Assembly (NCBI GenBank): GCA_025786725.1
Contig: JAHLTZ010000027.1
Span: forward strand, 1 to 64,000
Length of the DNA stretch: 64,000 nucleotides
From: Syncephalis fuscata S228
Taxonomy: Eukaryota > Fungi > Zoopagomycota
Reading direction: 5' to 3'
The number at the start of each line of letters is the position of its first letter. The stretch's first letter is position 1. A program made the translations under genes and the position numbers. This document shows, piece by piece, positions 44,301 to 57,400 of the stretch. The notes under the pieces are model-generated. The model did not search any database and was not told the origin of the DNA. It was given only the letters and a program-made list of their open reading frames with translations.

Positions 44301-46190
44301 CTATCCATGCTGATGTTCAACGCTTAAATGCTTCTTTGCAAATTCACGAGTCGATTGCCAGTATGTTGGGATTGCCCCTACATTTGCATCGCATCCAACG
44401 GCTGTCATTCCACCAAGTGGTTCTCGTATCTTTAGTTCAGTTAACTTTGGCGGGTGTGGCCGTTTTATACCAAAAATTGATAAGAATATAAGTGCACGGA
44501 TCGTATAAGCTGTATTAAACATAAAATCTGTTTTAAATACTTCATCAGATGTTAAAGTATAGAAAATATCAAAGTATTTGATATAATAAATTGGAAATAG
44601 TATATATGTAAAAATCGCTATTAAAGTAAGACATGCCAACTAGTGCAATAGGTAAGTATTGCAAATCAATAAAATAAAGCTAGTAGATACTTTACCTGTA
44701 TAAACTTGCGATGACCATCAGGATGTTTCCTAAGCTTATAAGATATCAATCCAAGCCATAACACTATCCAATAGATGTTAGTTTAAACTAAACCATTTAG
44801 TTTATGTTAACTTACAAAGTGCACATAATGTTACGATAGTAACCCATGGTAGAACAATACATCTAATTATATCAAAGATAGCGTAGAATAATGATGCTTT
44901 ATCGTTAGTTTTGTCCAATAAATAAGTCCTATTGAGTCTACAATTCGTAAAATGTTTACTGTGGTATTAATAATAATAACAAGCCAAATAGGTATCATTG
45001 TTTTTTTGAAAATAGTTTTTTGCCAATGAATGACCTAAAATTAAACATAAACATCATATAACCAACTTAACAATAACATACCAATGCAAAAGTGTTATAT
45101 CAAAAGGCAATGTGGATAAAAAAGTATAAATTCTTAAAGAAATAAATAGTAAATAGCTTGTTTGTAGAGCAGTCAGATGTATAAGGAAAACTAGTATATA
45201 ATCATTAGTTGTATATTTTAAAATAGATTGAATCTACTTACAAATACAGTATATAATACTGATAACAAATGCGATCAAAAGCAGATTCCGTTTCAACAGC
45301 TTAAATCTTGCCAACATTATAGTACGAGTACATGCATACAACAAAACACCCAACACCTGTAGCAATACAGTTAGAATTATACACGTGTTTAATTATATTA
45401 CTTACTATGGCAAAATATGTCCATTTGTAGACAATATATGTGTGTGAAAAGAATATCTCATTCCATGGATTGGGTTCTACTAACAGTTTAGTATTGATAT
45501 AACAAGTATTTGAATTGTTTACCTTGTCCAGCAGTATAATGGAAGGCAGTGTAGCCGTTAACATTTTTCATATCTTTTGGAAAGATAGATGCCTCCATTA
45601 TTGCTATTGTTATTGGTTTTAATACCGGAAGCAAAATTTTCACATCGTAACTATTGCCTATAATATAATCGTAGCCTAAATAAAAATATGGTGGCGTATA
45701 TGATAATAGAATAAACAGCTTGACTGGTGGAAATCCTGCGCGCAATAATTGCCGCATCAATTTATCTATTGCTTGACTGATCTAAATTGCAGTTATTGTA
45801 TATATTTATTTTATACCATAATAAAATACTTACCTGTTCTGTGGTATCACACTTAGCAGAAAAAAGGTATTTAAACTTTACGATTAACGCAAAATCTGGA
45901 TAGCTAGATGCAATTTCAGCAATATTTTGGATCATTGGATCGGAGGCATTAACCAGCGGGAAAGAGCATTTTGTGTTTGATTCTGTATAATTAAGGAAAT
46001 TTGATACAAGTGCAGTGCCATTATAAGGACGCCGATGAGGCTCCGGATAAAGAAATGCATCGGTTAATTTATAAGATATTTGGTCGCTGGTGCCATTAAA
46101 AAGAGTGAGTTTTGCACAAACATAGTTGATTTGTATTAATATACAAGTAAATAGCAATAACACCAATTGTTGGTATTTTGAAAATAACAT
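44301..46190 (-). CDS. Receptor-like protein copy C (mosaic: A-identical upstream region/signal, unique ectodomain, B-identical TM half)
   Basis: Same 8-exon architecture; start nearly identical to A; 44381-45500 nearly identical to B; one apparent 1-nt deletion at ~44910. Confidence 0.8.
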
Positions 46191-47579
46191 ATTAAAGACT
46201 AGAGTAAAAAGCAATAAATTTGTGTTATCAACAAATTTAAATCGTATTATTATATAGTAAATGGTCGTGTAGCTTCATGGAAGCCACATGCAAGTATAAA
46301 CTAGTTTTGTGACATAGGCCTTTTGCATTGGTGTGCAGGCAATATTAGAGAACTGGTAGCTAGCAATCTTGTAGATGAACAATAGTGCAATAAAATTTAT
46401 GTGTAAACATCTAAATGCTATTTAAATGTATACAAATGTTTATCCTTAATACAATGAACACAGTTTTAATGAGATGGTTGATTGTTGCTTGTTCAAATGC
46501 AATATGGGTAGACACATATTATGGTATTCATGTTATTGCAACACGCATAGATTCACGTGGCGCAATGTTCAACACCGTGGTTGTACCAATTCTGTATAAA
46601 ACTTGAATCATTTCTTTGTTCTAGAAACACATGCATAATTCTATATTATCATTATTGCAATTATTCGGTTTTAATGGTAAAAGCACGGTTAAAATTTACT
46701 ATCATCCATGTTTATCAAACGTTGCCAAGAACAAATCAAAGGCTAACCTGTTTAAATGCAAAATCAGATCCAGAAAAAGTAATTCAAGGTTGAAGCAGTA
46801 TCATTAAACCCTTGAGTGATGTTATTCATATAATGAAAGACATGAAAACAGAACAAGTGTTATTTTTAAATACTAGGACTATAGCAAATTTAAATTCCTT
46901 TGATATAACATATGGCCATATTAATTATAAGCAACACAACAAAGGCTCGGTCAATACTGATGAAAGGTCTTACAGCAGTAGTTATTATTGAGATATGTAA
47001 TTTTTGAAATAATCAGCGTATTTAACAATATATATGTGGGTAACTAGTCATATACTAATTTATTAATTTTTACCATAGCAGTAGGTAATAGTATAAAATA
47101 CAATATAGTCTAAACAATGCGCAGAACTAGTAGCTTTGTCTGCATTTTATAATACTTAATAAGTATAGTGCCAACAGTCCTTCTATTGATAGGCTAATCA
47201 CAATATTATAAAGATGGTGTATTTATCCATTTGTCTAATATCATAATGATGCCAGTATGCTGATGGTCTATTTGAAAAAGTATAAAGCTACAGTAAATAA
47301 TACGCAATACTTTTGTGCTAATTTTAGGGTATTTAATATAAGCTGCATTATAGTGCTCAATCAGTAGCTTTAAAATTAATTGTATAAACCAGACGGTAAA
47401 TTGTATTGAAATATTTAAATAAGCAATACATCATAATAAAACAATTTGATCAGCGTATTATTTTAATTACTATTATATTATTATACACTAATTTGCTATA
47501 AATCAACCAATCTAACGTGTTAATCAATATTTATTTATAAACTGATAAAAATATAAGCTATTCATTGTATACTATACAC

Positions 47580-48680
47580 TTATTGCATAAAATAATCATC
47601 CTTTAAAGCATCAGCCGCCGTAATACGCTGCTCTGGATCTTCATGTAGCATTTTACTAAAAAGATTACGTAACGCATTTGATTCAATACGACTAAGATCG
47701 ACTTTATGCGATTCTGCATCAATTGGTACGGGCTCTCCTGTGATGGAGTAATAAAAGGTGGCAGCTACGGTCCATATTTCCGCTAGTTGTGGGCGTACCC
47801 GATATAATATACCTTTATCGTGCGTTTCTGGTGGTGCAAATTTAGCCGTACCCGGATATCGAATAAGTACATACGAATTTGCATCAACCGCTGCTTCTCT
47901 TGTCCAGCCAAAATCTATTAGTTTGGCCCGTACCGGTATTGACGCTGCTTCTGCTTCATTTAAATTGGGCACTACCATAATATTACCCGGCTTTAAGCTG
48001 CCATGTACGTAGCCCGCCTCATGTAGCATAGATACACCTTGCAGCACTTCTTTAAGTAGTTGTCGCGTTTGTCTTTCGAGTAAATCAAGCTGGTTTTCCG
48101 CCCGAAGGGTTTGCAAATAATCGTCTAAATCTTTACCGCCCTCAAAATACTTCATACGAAGCCCAGGACCGGCTGTCGTCATAATATTTGGATAGACTTT
48201 TGGAAATACATCGCCACCCGGTTTAGTCGATAGTGTTTTAACAATACCGTGCATTTGGCGTGCTTCAAGTGGATTTAGCGGTACTTTGACGGCCGTAATC
48301 TCCCCGCGCTCACAAACCGTTACAACTGTGCCGCAATTACCTGAACCAATCTTGTCTTTTACTCGCGGTATATCTGAATCTGGAAATGCTTCATCAGAAG
48401 GAGAGGGAGTAGATGAATTAGACGGGGTATTTGCGTCATTCTTGCGTGGTAAAAGCGTAGTCCGAATAGAGTTGGCTGCTTCCGCGCAGGTCTTTACTGG
48501 TAATACTTTAAAGAATTGTTGTGAAATGGATATTTTGCGCGTCTTTTCCTCGGTATTGGCAGTTGATTCGGTAGTGTTGTTCATGTTTGTACTAATAATA
48601 TTACCGTCGTTCTTCATAGGATCGTTGTTGTTGCTATTATTGCTTGTAATGTTCTGGTTAATAGGAGGTAATGTAGACAT
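47580..48680 (-). CDS. Intronless Ser/Thr kinase-fold protein, probable pseudokinase
   Basis: IGSGNCGTV, TAVK, catalytic loop HGSLKPGN (no catalytic Asp), LIDFG, GTAKFAPPE, DPEQRITA. Confidence 0.85.
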   Translation of the reverse strand: MSTLPPINQNITSNNSNNNDPMKNDGNIISTNMNNTTESTANTEEKTRKISISQQFFKVLPVKTCAEAANSIRTTLLPRKNDANTPSNSSTPSPSDEAFPDSDIPRVKDKIGSGNCGTVVTVCERGEITAVKVPLNPLEARQMHGIVKTLSTKPGGDVFPKVYPNIMTTAGPGLRMKYFEGGKDLDDYLQTLRAENQLDLLERQTRQLLKEVLQGVSMLHEAGYVHGSLKPGNIMVVPNLNEAEAASIPVRAKLIDFGWTREAAVDANSYVLIRYPGTAKFAPPETHDKGILYRVRPQLAEIWTVAATFYYSITGEPVPIDAESHKVDLSRIESNALRNLFSKMLHEDPEQRITAADALKDDYFMQ

Positions 48681-48986
48681 TTTATATAGAATAAACCGTA
48701 GAGCAATAACCTGCCAACGAACGCCAAGAAAGATACGCCAAGATTTATTTTTGCATGTTTAATTTACATGTCCGATCAAAGATTTCTATTAACCTTTTAA
48801 TGACGTCTGTTTGTAAAAATACGGTTAATTAGTTTACGCTAAACTATTAACATCATCCTATAATCCATATTAAATGTCTATCTACTAAAATGTCTTTTAA
48901 TAAAAACGCATATTTATTGTTAATAATATCGATAGTGGTATTTTCTTTTATCTTTCTCGCTAAAATGTGGTGGTGGTGGTTATTTT

Positions 48987-51900
48987 CTAACTAAATCCAA
49001 AACCGGTTGAGCACTCTTCGATAGCCATTAGTAGCATCGACCGTAATTTTTCATACGAGGTATACATAGGCAGATCCAATTGATTAAAACTAAATAAATA
49101 AATAAATAATCAATCAATCAATTAATTAATTAATAACCTTATAATACTTACCAGGTATGGGCAGAAGGTAGGCGAGCGGTAGATGAGAAATCTTTATGAA
49201 TTTGGAACTTTTGCACACCGCCCGATCCTTGGAGGGCTACAAATCCTTCGAGTGGCACTTTTGATGTGCCTGTAACGAATTGAACTAGTTTGGCTCGTTC
49301 TTCACGATTAAAACTACGTACGGCACGCCAGAACCATTGGATTTGCGCAGCTGAGGCATTATAGCCTTGATAGTCCGTATTATTCTTCCAGTCATCGACA
49401 TCAATATCGAATAAACCAGAAATGAGCAATTCCAGTTCTTGTTCATTAAATATACTTATAAGGGCGGGTGGAATGATTTCATGGAAGCCCGCGAGGAAAC
49501 TATCAATTTGATCGCGTATCGATAGTGTCAAACGCTGTTCCACAACTAATTTAACATAGTCCATCTTATTATCTTCGGTAACGGCAATATTACGGCCATC
49601 TGGTTGCAAATCAACAATACGCTTCTCACCGAAATGATCCACTTCCATGCTAAAGGTTAAGTCAATAACATCAGTAATATCATTATTCAGTATCCATTCT
49701 AAACTCTTGTAATAATCAGGATCGACCGCTTCCACATCCTTATAATCAACGGATCGAGCCAACATATGCTTATAGAATGAACGGGCAAAATGACAATCTA
49801 ATAGGCGACCATCATAAATGGCCTTGCCAATAACTCGACCAATAAACTTAAAGTAAAGTAGATGATCTGGATTGACCCACGACGATGGATTGGGCTGATA
49901 AGTAACACTATCCACGGCCGATGCAACAAATAGCGCGTAATTTGGATTAAACATTTGACGCGATAATACTTGGAACCATTCACGGGATACACCGCCGGCA
50001 TCGACGCCTTCTTCGTCGTAGAATCGAACGTTCAACTTGCCATACTTGATTTCATCACCACTTTTACCTTGCCATTGGTGGAATGAATCTTCGAATACAT
50101 ATTGACGACGTACGTTTAGGTGAAGGGTTGAATAGTGCTGCTCCCGTTGTTGACCGGTACGTTTGTGTAGCTGCTGTGAAAAGTATTTACGCTTATTATC
50201 AAACTCCAATACTTTTGGACTATGAACCAGTAGCGAAAATGAACCATTCATCAAGCTTGGATTATGTCGTACGAGCATATTAAGTATTTTACGATGATCT
50301 TCAATAAAGCGGAAGAAGGCATCGGATGGTTCACTCAATCCACCCTGACTATTGAATCGACTATCTCGTGAAGCAGATGCCGATAACGATACCGATGATA
50401 CATCCATACTAGAGGCTAGTTTATCAGCGGTAGCTTTAGCGTTCACCGCTTCAAGCACCACATGTCTGGACACGACCATAAACGACTCAACCAGCGGTAG
50501 AAGAACGGTGGCCACTCGATTGGTGTCTGGATTATTTTGTACGAGAGTTAAACATTCACCAAGTCGTTGCCAAAGCGGTTCAAATGCCAATCGATCATAG
50601 ACCGCTAGTAAACGGGCCATATTCTCTTCTTCACTGGCCGATGATAATGAAGCGGCCGTGGGTCGATCTTTATTTGGCTGAGGGGCAAATAGATAGTCGA
50701 TTGTTTTAAGAATACGTAATAGCTTGGCTTGTCGTGCTGAAGCCGGTGAGAACTGAGATAGAACGGCATTCAATGCTTCTTCAGATATTACAGTGGCAAC
50801 TGGTTCATCATCGGTCGTGTGTCCATCAGCAATGGCTTTTCCAGCCGTATTATCGGTTGTACTAGTAGGTGGCGCAAGTACAGCTAATAATTCGGTTAAA
50901 TCCGACATCGTTGCTTCAGACCATTGTGCAGCATTAACAATCAATTCATCTACCATAATATCAAAACCACTTAGAGATGACAAGTGCTGAATAGATAGAA
51001 TAGTACATTGGAAGGCCCGCATACTACAGATATCGAGTGCTAATACACGTGATACCGCTCTATAACCTGAATCTGGAATAGGAGGTGGTTTGAAGATAGG
51101 AGCAGTGGCGGTAATAGTAGTAGATGTTGAAGTAGATGCTACTGGTGCCGTTGATGTAGAAGCAGCAGTAGCAGCAGTAGCAGCAGTAGATGTAGAAGGT
51201 GTCGTTGTTTCAGCTTCTGTTGTAGTACTACTAGTAGTAGTAGCAGTAGCAGTAGCAGTAGCAGTAGCAGTAGTAGCTGCTGCTGTAATACGACGGGCTT
51301 CTTTCTTCATTAATGCCGGTAATGTACGCGTAATGGTGAAATTAAATGCATTAATTGATCAAGTAAGGCGGATTGCTCTAGAAATACTGGATGATCCAAT
51401 AACGCCAATAGAGTAACGAGTGGATATTTATGTAACTTCTCGCGTCCTACACCTTTAGCATGTTCATGTTCAACCAAGAAATACTGGAAACAACGATCAT
51501 TCATGCCTACTAAATAGGATACCATTTCTAAACAATGCCGTAATACACCACCTACATCTTGATCACTCAAAGTAGTCATAGATGATGTTGATGAAGTATT
51601 ACTCGTAGTATCGTGTAATACTGAAGTAGAAGACGACGATGATTGTCGTGGAGTAGTGGCAGTACCGGGTATGGTACGGGCCCGTTGTACTAATCGTTGA
51701 AAACTCCAATTAAATGCCGCCGTACTTTGACTTCCTTCATAAATAATCGATAATAACAGAGTTAACAAATCCGATCTCGTCTTTCCATTCTCGGATAGAT
51801 TCAATAATACACGTTGATATAAATCCTTTGAAAATAATGCTTGTGGTCGACCAAATAGTAATCGAGTAATAGCCGCTGTTCCTTGTCGATCTACAATGGC

Positions 51901-54445
51901 CAGTGCATCATAGGCAATTCTTGTACGATGAGCAGTTGATGGGGCAGTAGTACCTATGGTTAATGAAGTAGATCCAGTAGGTCTCGTTGCCGTTGATCCT
52001 CTAGTCGTTGATGCCGTTGAAGATGATGCAGTGATAGGTGTACGAACAATACTAATACCAATCGTACCAGCACTAGTAGTTGCCATATCATTCGTAGTAC
52101 CTGTACCGGAACGTGATCTAGATCTTCTAGTTGTATCAAGTGTTCCACTTCGACTAAGACCGAATAATCGATTAAGCATTTGATTATTATCCATAAACGT
52201 AGAAGCCGTAGTATTACTTGTCTAAATAAACAACATTAATAAACAACATTAATAAACAACATTAATCTAGTACTTACTTGTGGTAATTGTCGTCGTTCTT
52301 CTCTTAATACTTCTGCTCTAATATCTGGTGGTAATGCATCAAGGAATTCATCACTAATACGCATACTTTCACTATCTTGTACTGGTTCAGTAGTAGCAGT
52401 ATCTACATTAGAAGGTGTAGTTGTAGTTGTAGTATTAGATGTGGCACTATTAGATGTAGCAGTCATACGCCGTTCTCTTAAATGTTGTTGAATAACTTCT
52501 TCTCTTAAATCATCAGGTAATGCTTCTAAAAATGTTGGATCAATACCTGTATCACTAATATCTACTTCTTGACCATTAACCATAACCGTAGTACGTTCTA
52601 CATTAGGAGAAGGAGTAGTAGTAGTCTCTACATTAGAAGAAGTAGTATCTACATTGGATTCAACATTAGGCGTTGTGGTAGATTCAACTACATCTTCAGT
52701 AGTAGATACATCTTCAGTAGTAGATACATCTTCAGTATTAATAGTAGATGGTGTCGATGTGGTTAAGGTGATCGGTAATGATGGTACTGGTGGTAATGTT
52801 CTATCTAGATTAGTAGATACATCTTCAATCGTTGTGGTAGTAGACTCAGTTACTGTTTCTTCATTCTCCTCCTTCTTCTCCTCCTCCTCCTCCTTCTTCT
52901 CCTCTTTTTTCTTCTCTCTTTCTAACATAACTTGTTCTTCCAACTTCTTTCTCATTACTTCTAATCGCTTTTGTTCTTCTTCACGGGCTATGGGCACCAT
53001 AGCATTTAATAAATGATTTACTAAACGGGATGCCTTTTCTACCATAGCATCACCATAGATCAATTGCACCATTTGATGCCATCGATCACGCGTGGTTAAT
53101 GGACTTGATTCTTGAGCAATGGCCAATGCTTGAGCCATTAAATCTTGAGCTGTCGTATTTATACTTGTAGTAGTAGTAGTAGTAGTAGTATTGCCTACTC
53201 TGCCTTGGGTATTTATCAATCGATGTCCATTCGATGCTGATCCCACCATATCCAATAATAAATTACCACTACCCCCTGATGTAGTAATTAATCCACCAGT
53301 ATTAGCAGTACCTGTTAATGCAGTACCACCTGTGGGATATAATTCAACTCGATGATAGTGTCCACTATTCGTATTCGTACCATGTCCAAATCCATCCAAA
53401 TCTGACTCTCTTCCCAATAGTTGTTCCAGTAATTGAGCGGCCCCTCCACCAATCATATCTTCAAATGACCGCCATCCTTGAATGTCCCGTATACGAGATG
53501 TAACATGAAGTGATCCACCATGTCCATTTAATAGACCACCAATACCATGTTGACCAATGGTAGATGGTGTATTATTTATACCCGTGGTGGGTAATCGACC
53601 ACTGGCCAATAGTGGATGACGGGAAACATCACGGAAACCAGGTCCATGACGTAAAAATCGTCCCTCTTCTTCAAAGGGTGAATATCTTAATGGATCACGG
53701 GCCCAATGATCACGTGATTCTCCATCTAATCCAAATCCAAATACGCCTCGACCCAATCGATGCATTCGATGACTTGTACCATTAATGGATCGACGTGGAT
53801 GATGTGGTTGATGTGGTGGTTGATGTCCACTTTGACTACCCATTAATCCATCAATAGTGTCATTTAATAGAGCAGTAGTGGCAGCATCAACCGATGGATT
53901 GAATACATTTGAGGTACGTAATGGATCCATTAATATTAGATCATCTTCATCTTCATCTTCTTCATTATCCTCGTCATCGTCATCGTCATCTTCATCGTCT
54001 TCATCGTCTTCATCGTCATGGTCATTATTATTATGACCATGTTCATCATCATCATCGTCATCATCATCATCACGATGATCTAATTCTTCCGGTGACCATC
54101 CTAAAGAAAAGCGATTATCTATATTATATTAACATTATTATGTATAACATTGTACTAATTACCTTGTAGTGTACCATCTCGACGTAGACGGCCCAATTCA
54201 TTAACCGGGGATGATCCTTCATTTCTATCATGTCGACCTAGTAATTGAACAAGATTTAATGATGAGGCTATATTATTGGTATTATTGGTATTATTGGTAT
54301 GATGACTAGATGGATCATTTGAATTAAATATAGCATCTAAATTCGCTTGATTCCAATTAACATCTGAGAAATCAATATCTAATACATTGGATGATATAGG
54401 GAAATCATCTTCATCTTCATCGTCATCATCAATATCGTCATCATT

Positions 54446-54478
<33 letters not shown>

Positions 54479-57400
54479 TTCATCTTCCATGACCATTAAT
54501 TCATCTTCATCGTCCATCATATCATTGTCAGATTCAGACATGACCACCAATTGATTATCATATGGTTCATGAACAACAATTTCCATATCAATCTCATCAC
54601 TATCTTCATCCAATAAATGTCGATGATGATCATCTAAATTGGATCGAGTAGAAATATCTGGATCACTTAAATCACTGCCTGTTTCATCGTTATAATCTTC
54701 ATGATCATCATCGTCATCTTCATCGTCGTTATCGTCATCATCGTCATCATCGTCATCTTCATCTTCTGTCGTATCGCCTTCATCCATAATTTCATCATTA
54801 TGATGGAGTACATTATCCACATCATCATCTACATTATGGCTACTATCATGATCATCATGGTCATCATGATCATCATCATTAGAGTCATGGTGATTATAGC
54901 TATCAGTACCTGGTATACCATGTCCTACATTATTATTAATACCATTATTAATCAATATCTATTTACTTACCCAAGGCGGAATTACGGTATAGATCAGAGG
55001 TGGCTTCAATTGAATTACTACGATGACGTTCAATAAATACATCAGATACAGGTGGTTTATCTTCATCATGTATATCAGTGCCTGATACAGATTTGGATAT
55101 ATCATCTGGATGAGGAGTAATTACAATGGCCTTGCTTAATTTAACGGCTGATTTGGCCAATTGATCTAATGTACGTAGTAGTGCATTAACTACAGTTTTG
55201 GCCAGTGGAAAGGCTAGATCAATTTGAGCCAATACATTAGTAAGTAGAGTGACATAGCCACGATCAATCATTAGTTGGGCCATATTAAGACCACTTGATA
55301 ATTCAGGAGTGGATGTATTCTTGTCACGTTGTTGTTGTTGTTGTTGTTGTTGTTGTGCTAATGAAGAATGTGAATTGGATAGTGAATTGGATGAAGAAGC
55401 AGCGGTGGCCATTAATAAACGATGACATAAATCGGATAAGGTAAGAATACGGCCATATTTAACATCTAATGGTGCTCTACTATGACTTGCTTCTTTAAAG
55501 GCCCGCCATATACCATCTAATACGGTACGACGTACCATTTGTAGACCTTGGTAATCATAACCACTATTAGTAGGCATAGTATGGTTATAATGTTTTTGAT
55601 TGCCGGTACACATGGCTACAATACAAGTATCAACACAGACGGCCAAGTTCATGTGTTTCTTGGCCTCAGCATCTCGTGCACCTAACGTGGCACCATGATC
55701 CAGTAAATCATATAGTAGATGTTGAATAAATGGATGAGGTCGTGGTGTACTGTGGTGCATCGGTTCTTTACCAAGTTTCTTTTTACTTTTACTATGAGTT
55801 GGTGTCGTTGATGTCGTTAAAGGGGCTGATAATGATAGAATACACCGTTGACAACAAGGATAAGCAGATAGCAGTTCAACTAGTAATTGTAACAAGAAAC
55901 AACGATAGACATAAATGAATTGTGCTGACTCGTTAAAAGTAGTGACTATGGTTGATTCCTTGTCTAATTTAACATTAGAAGTTGATTTGATTTCTTCTTG
56001 TTGTTTCTTTAACTTCATTAATTGTTGTAATAATACACGCATAACCGATTGAGCGCGTGGTTCTTTTTCTTCTTCTCCTTCTTCTTCTCCTCCTTCTCCT
56101 CCTCCTTCTTCATTATAAAGTTCATCAATCGTTGTATCTTTATCTTCTTTAACTTCTTTAGTCTTATTTTCAGTTGATTCAGATACGGTAGTAGTCGTAT
56201 TGGTAGTATTGGTGGTAGTTGGCTTCTTTAATGATATTTGAGGGGCTAATCCATTAAGAGAAATACGGCCAATGTTACAAATAGCTGCCGTTGCTTCAAT
56301 AAATGTTGTGGGATCTCTTAAGGCAATACGACTATGTGTACGTAAATAACTATTAACATCAAGAGCGCGTGGTCGATGGAAGTTATAATGAGCAGTAATT
56401 TCACGTTCCATAGTATCACGCAATACACGAGGTGATTCGATGATATTACGTAGAATCATAGCAATATAGGCTTGATTATCTTGTAGCGTGGATAGACCAC
56501 CTCGATCACTGGATGGCATAATATCGGTTAAACAAGATGGATTGGCTAGTTCAGCGGCCAATTGTGGATCACGACTAAGAATGACGAGTAGACGAAGAGC
56601 GCCCAGTCCAAGTATTGCTTTATGAGGTCGACGGGATAGAGCAATACAATGGGTCAGTAGGGCTAGTCGTTGTTCATAAGTGATAGTGACTGTAGGTTGC
56701 ATATCAGACTCGGCTACTTCAAGTCCACCTTCAGATAAGTCGACTGTAAGCGGAACTGGACGTGGTTCACTCGAAATAGATAGGAAACATTCAACTAAGG
56801 CAAGTAAAGGTGATAGCCAACTGGCTAATAGTTTAGAATTAGGCAGTGATTGTTGTTGATGTATTGCTTCTAAAAGTGTATTTAAGAAGGTTGGCGAATA
56901 TTGTTGGATCTTTTGAGCAATTGAGTTATCTTTCAATAGTAAAAAGCCTAATAAACGATAACGAACCGCGAGTGAATGTTCAGCGGCTGTTTCTTTTACT
57001 TCTTTGTTGGTTGAATCATCTTCGATGATCATGGCATCAGCAGTGGAATCATTAAGGGCTAATTCAATACAATTCTTTTGAGCAGCTATTAATTCATCAA
57101 TTAAACGAGTAATAACATCAGTGGGTCGCTTCTTAATAATAAGTAATAAAAGTTCCATAATTTCAATGATGGCATCTTCAACGGCATCTACTAGACCGAG
57201 AGCGTGTTCAACAATATCCATTTCACATTCTTGTCGTAATTGTTTTAATTCTTCACGTGGAGCATCACGTTTAGGACCTGGAAGAATAGCTGCATCGGCC
57301 TCTGTGTTGTTATTGGCCTCGGTATTGGATTCGGTAGTGGGTTCAGTAGTTGAATCAGCTTCATTATTTGTATTATTTGGTGCTTCACCTAAAAGTGGTT

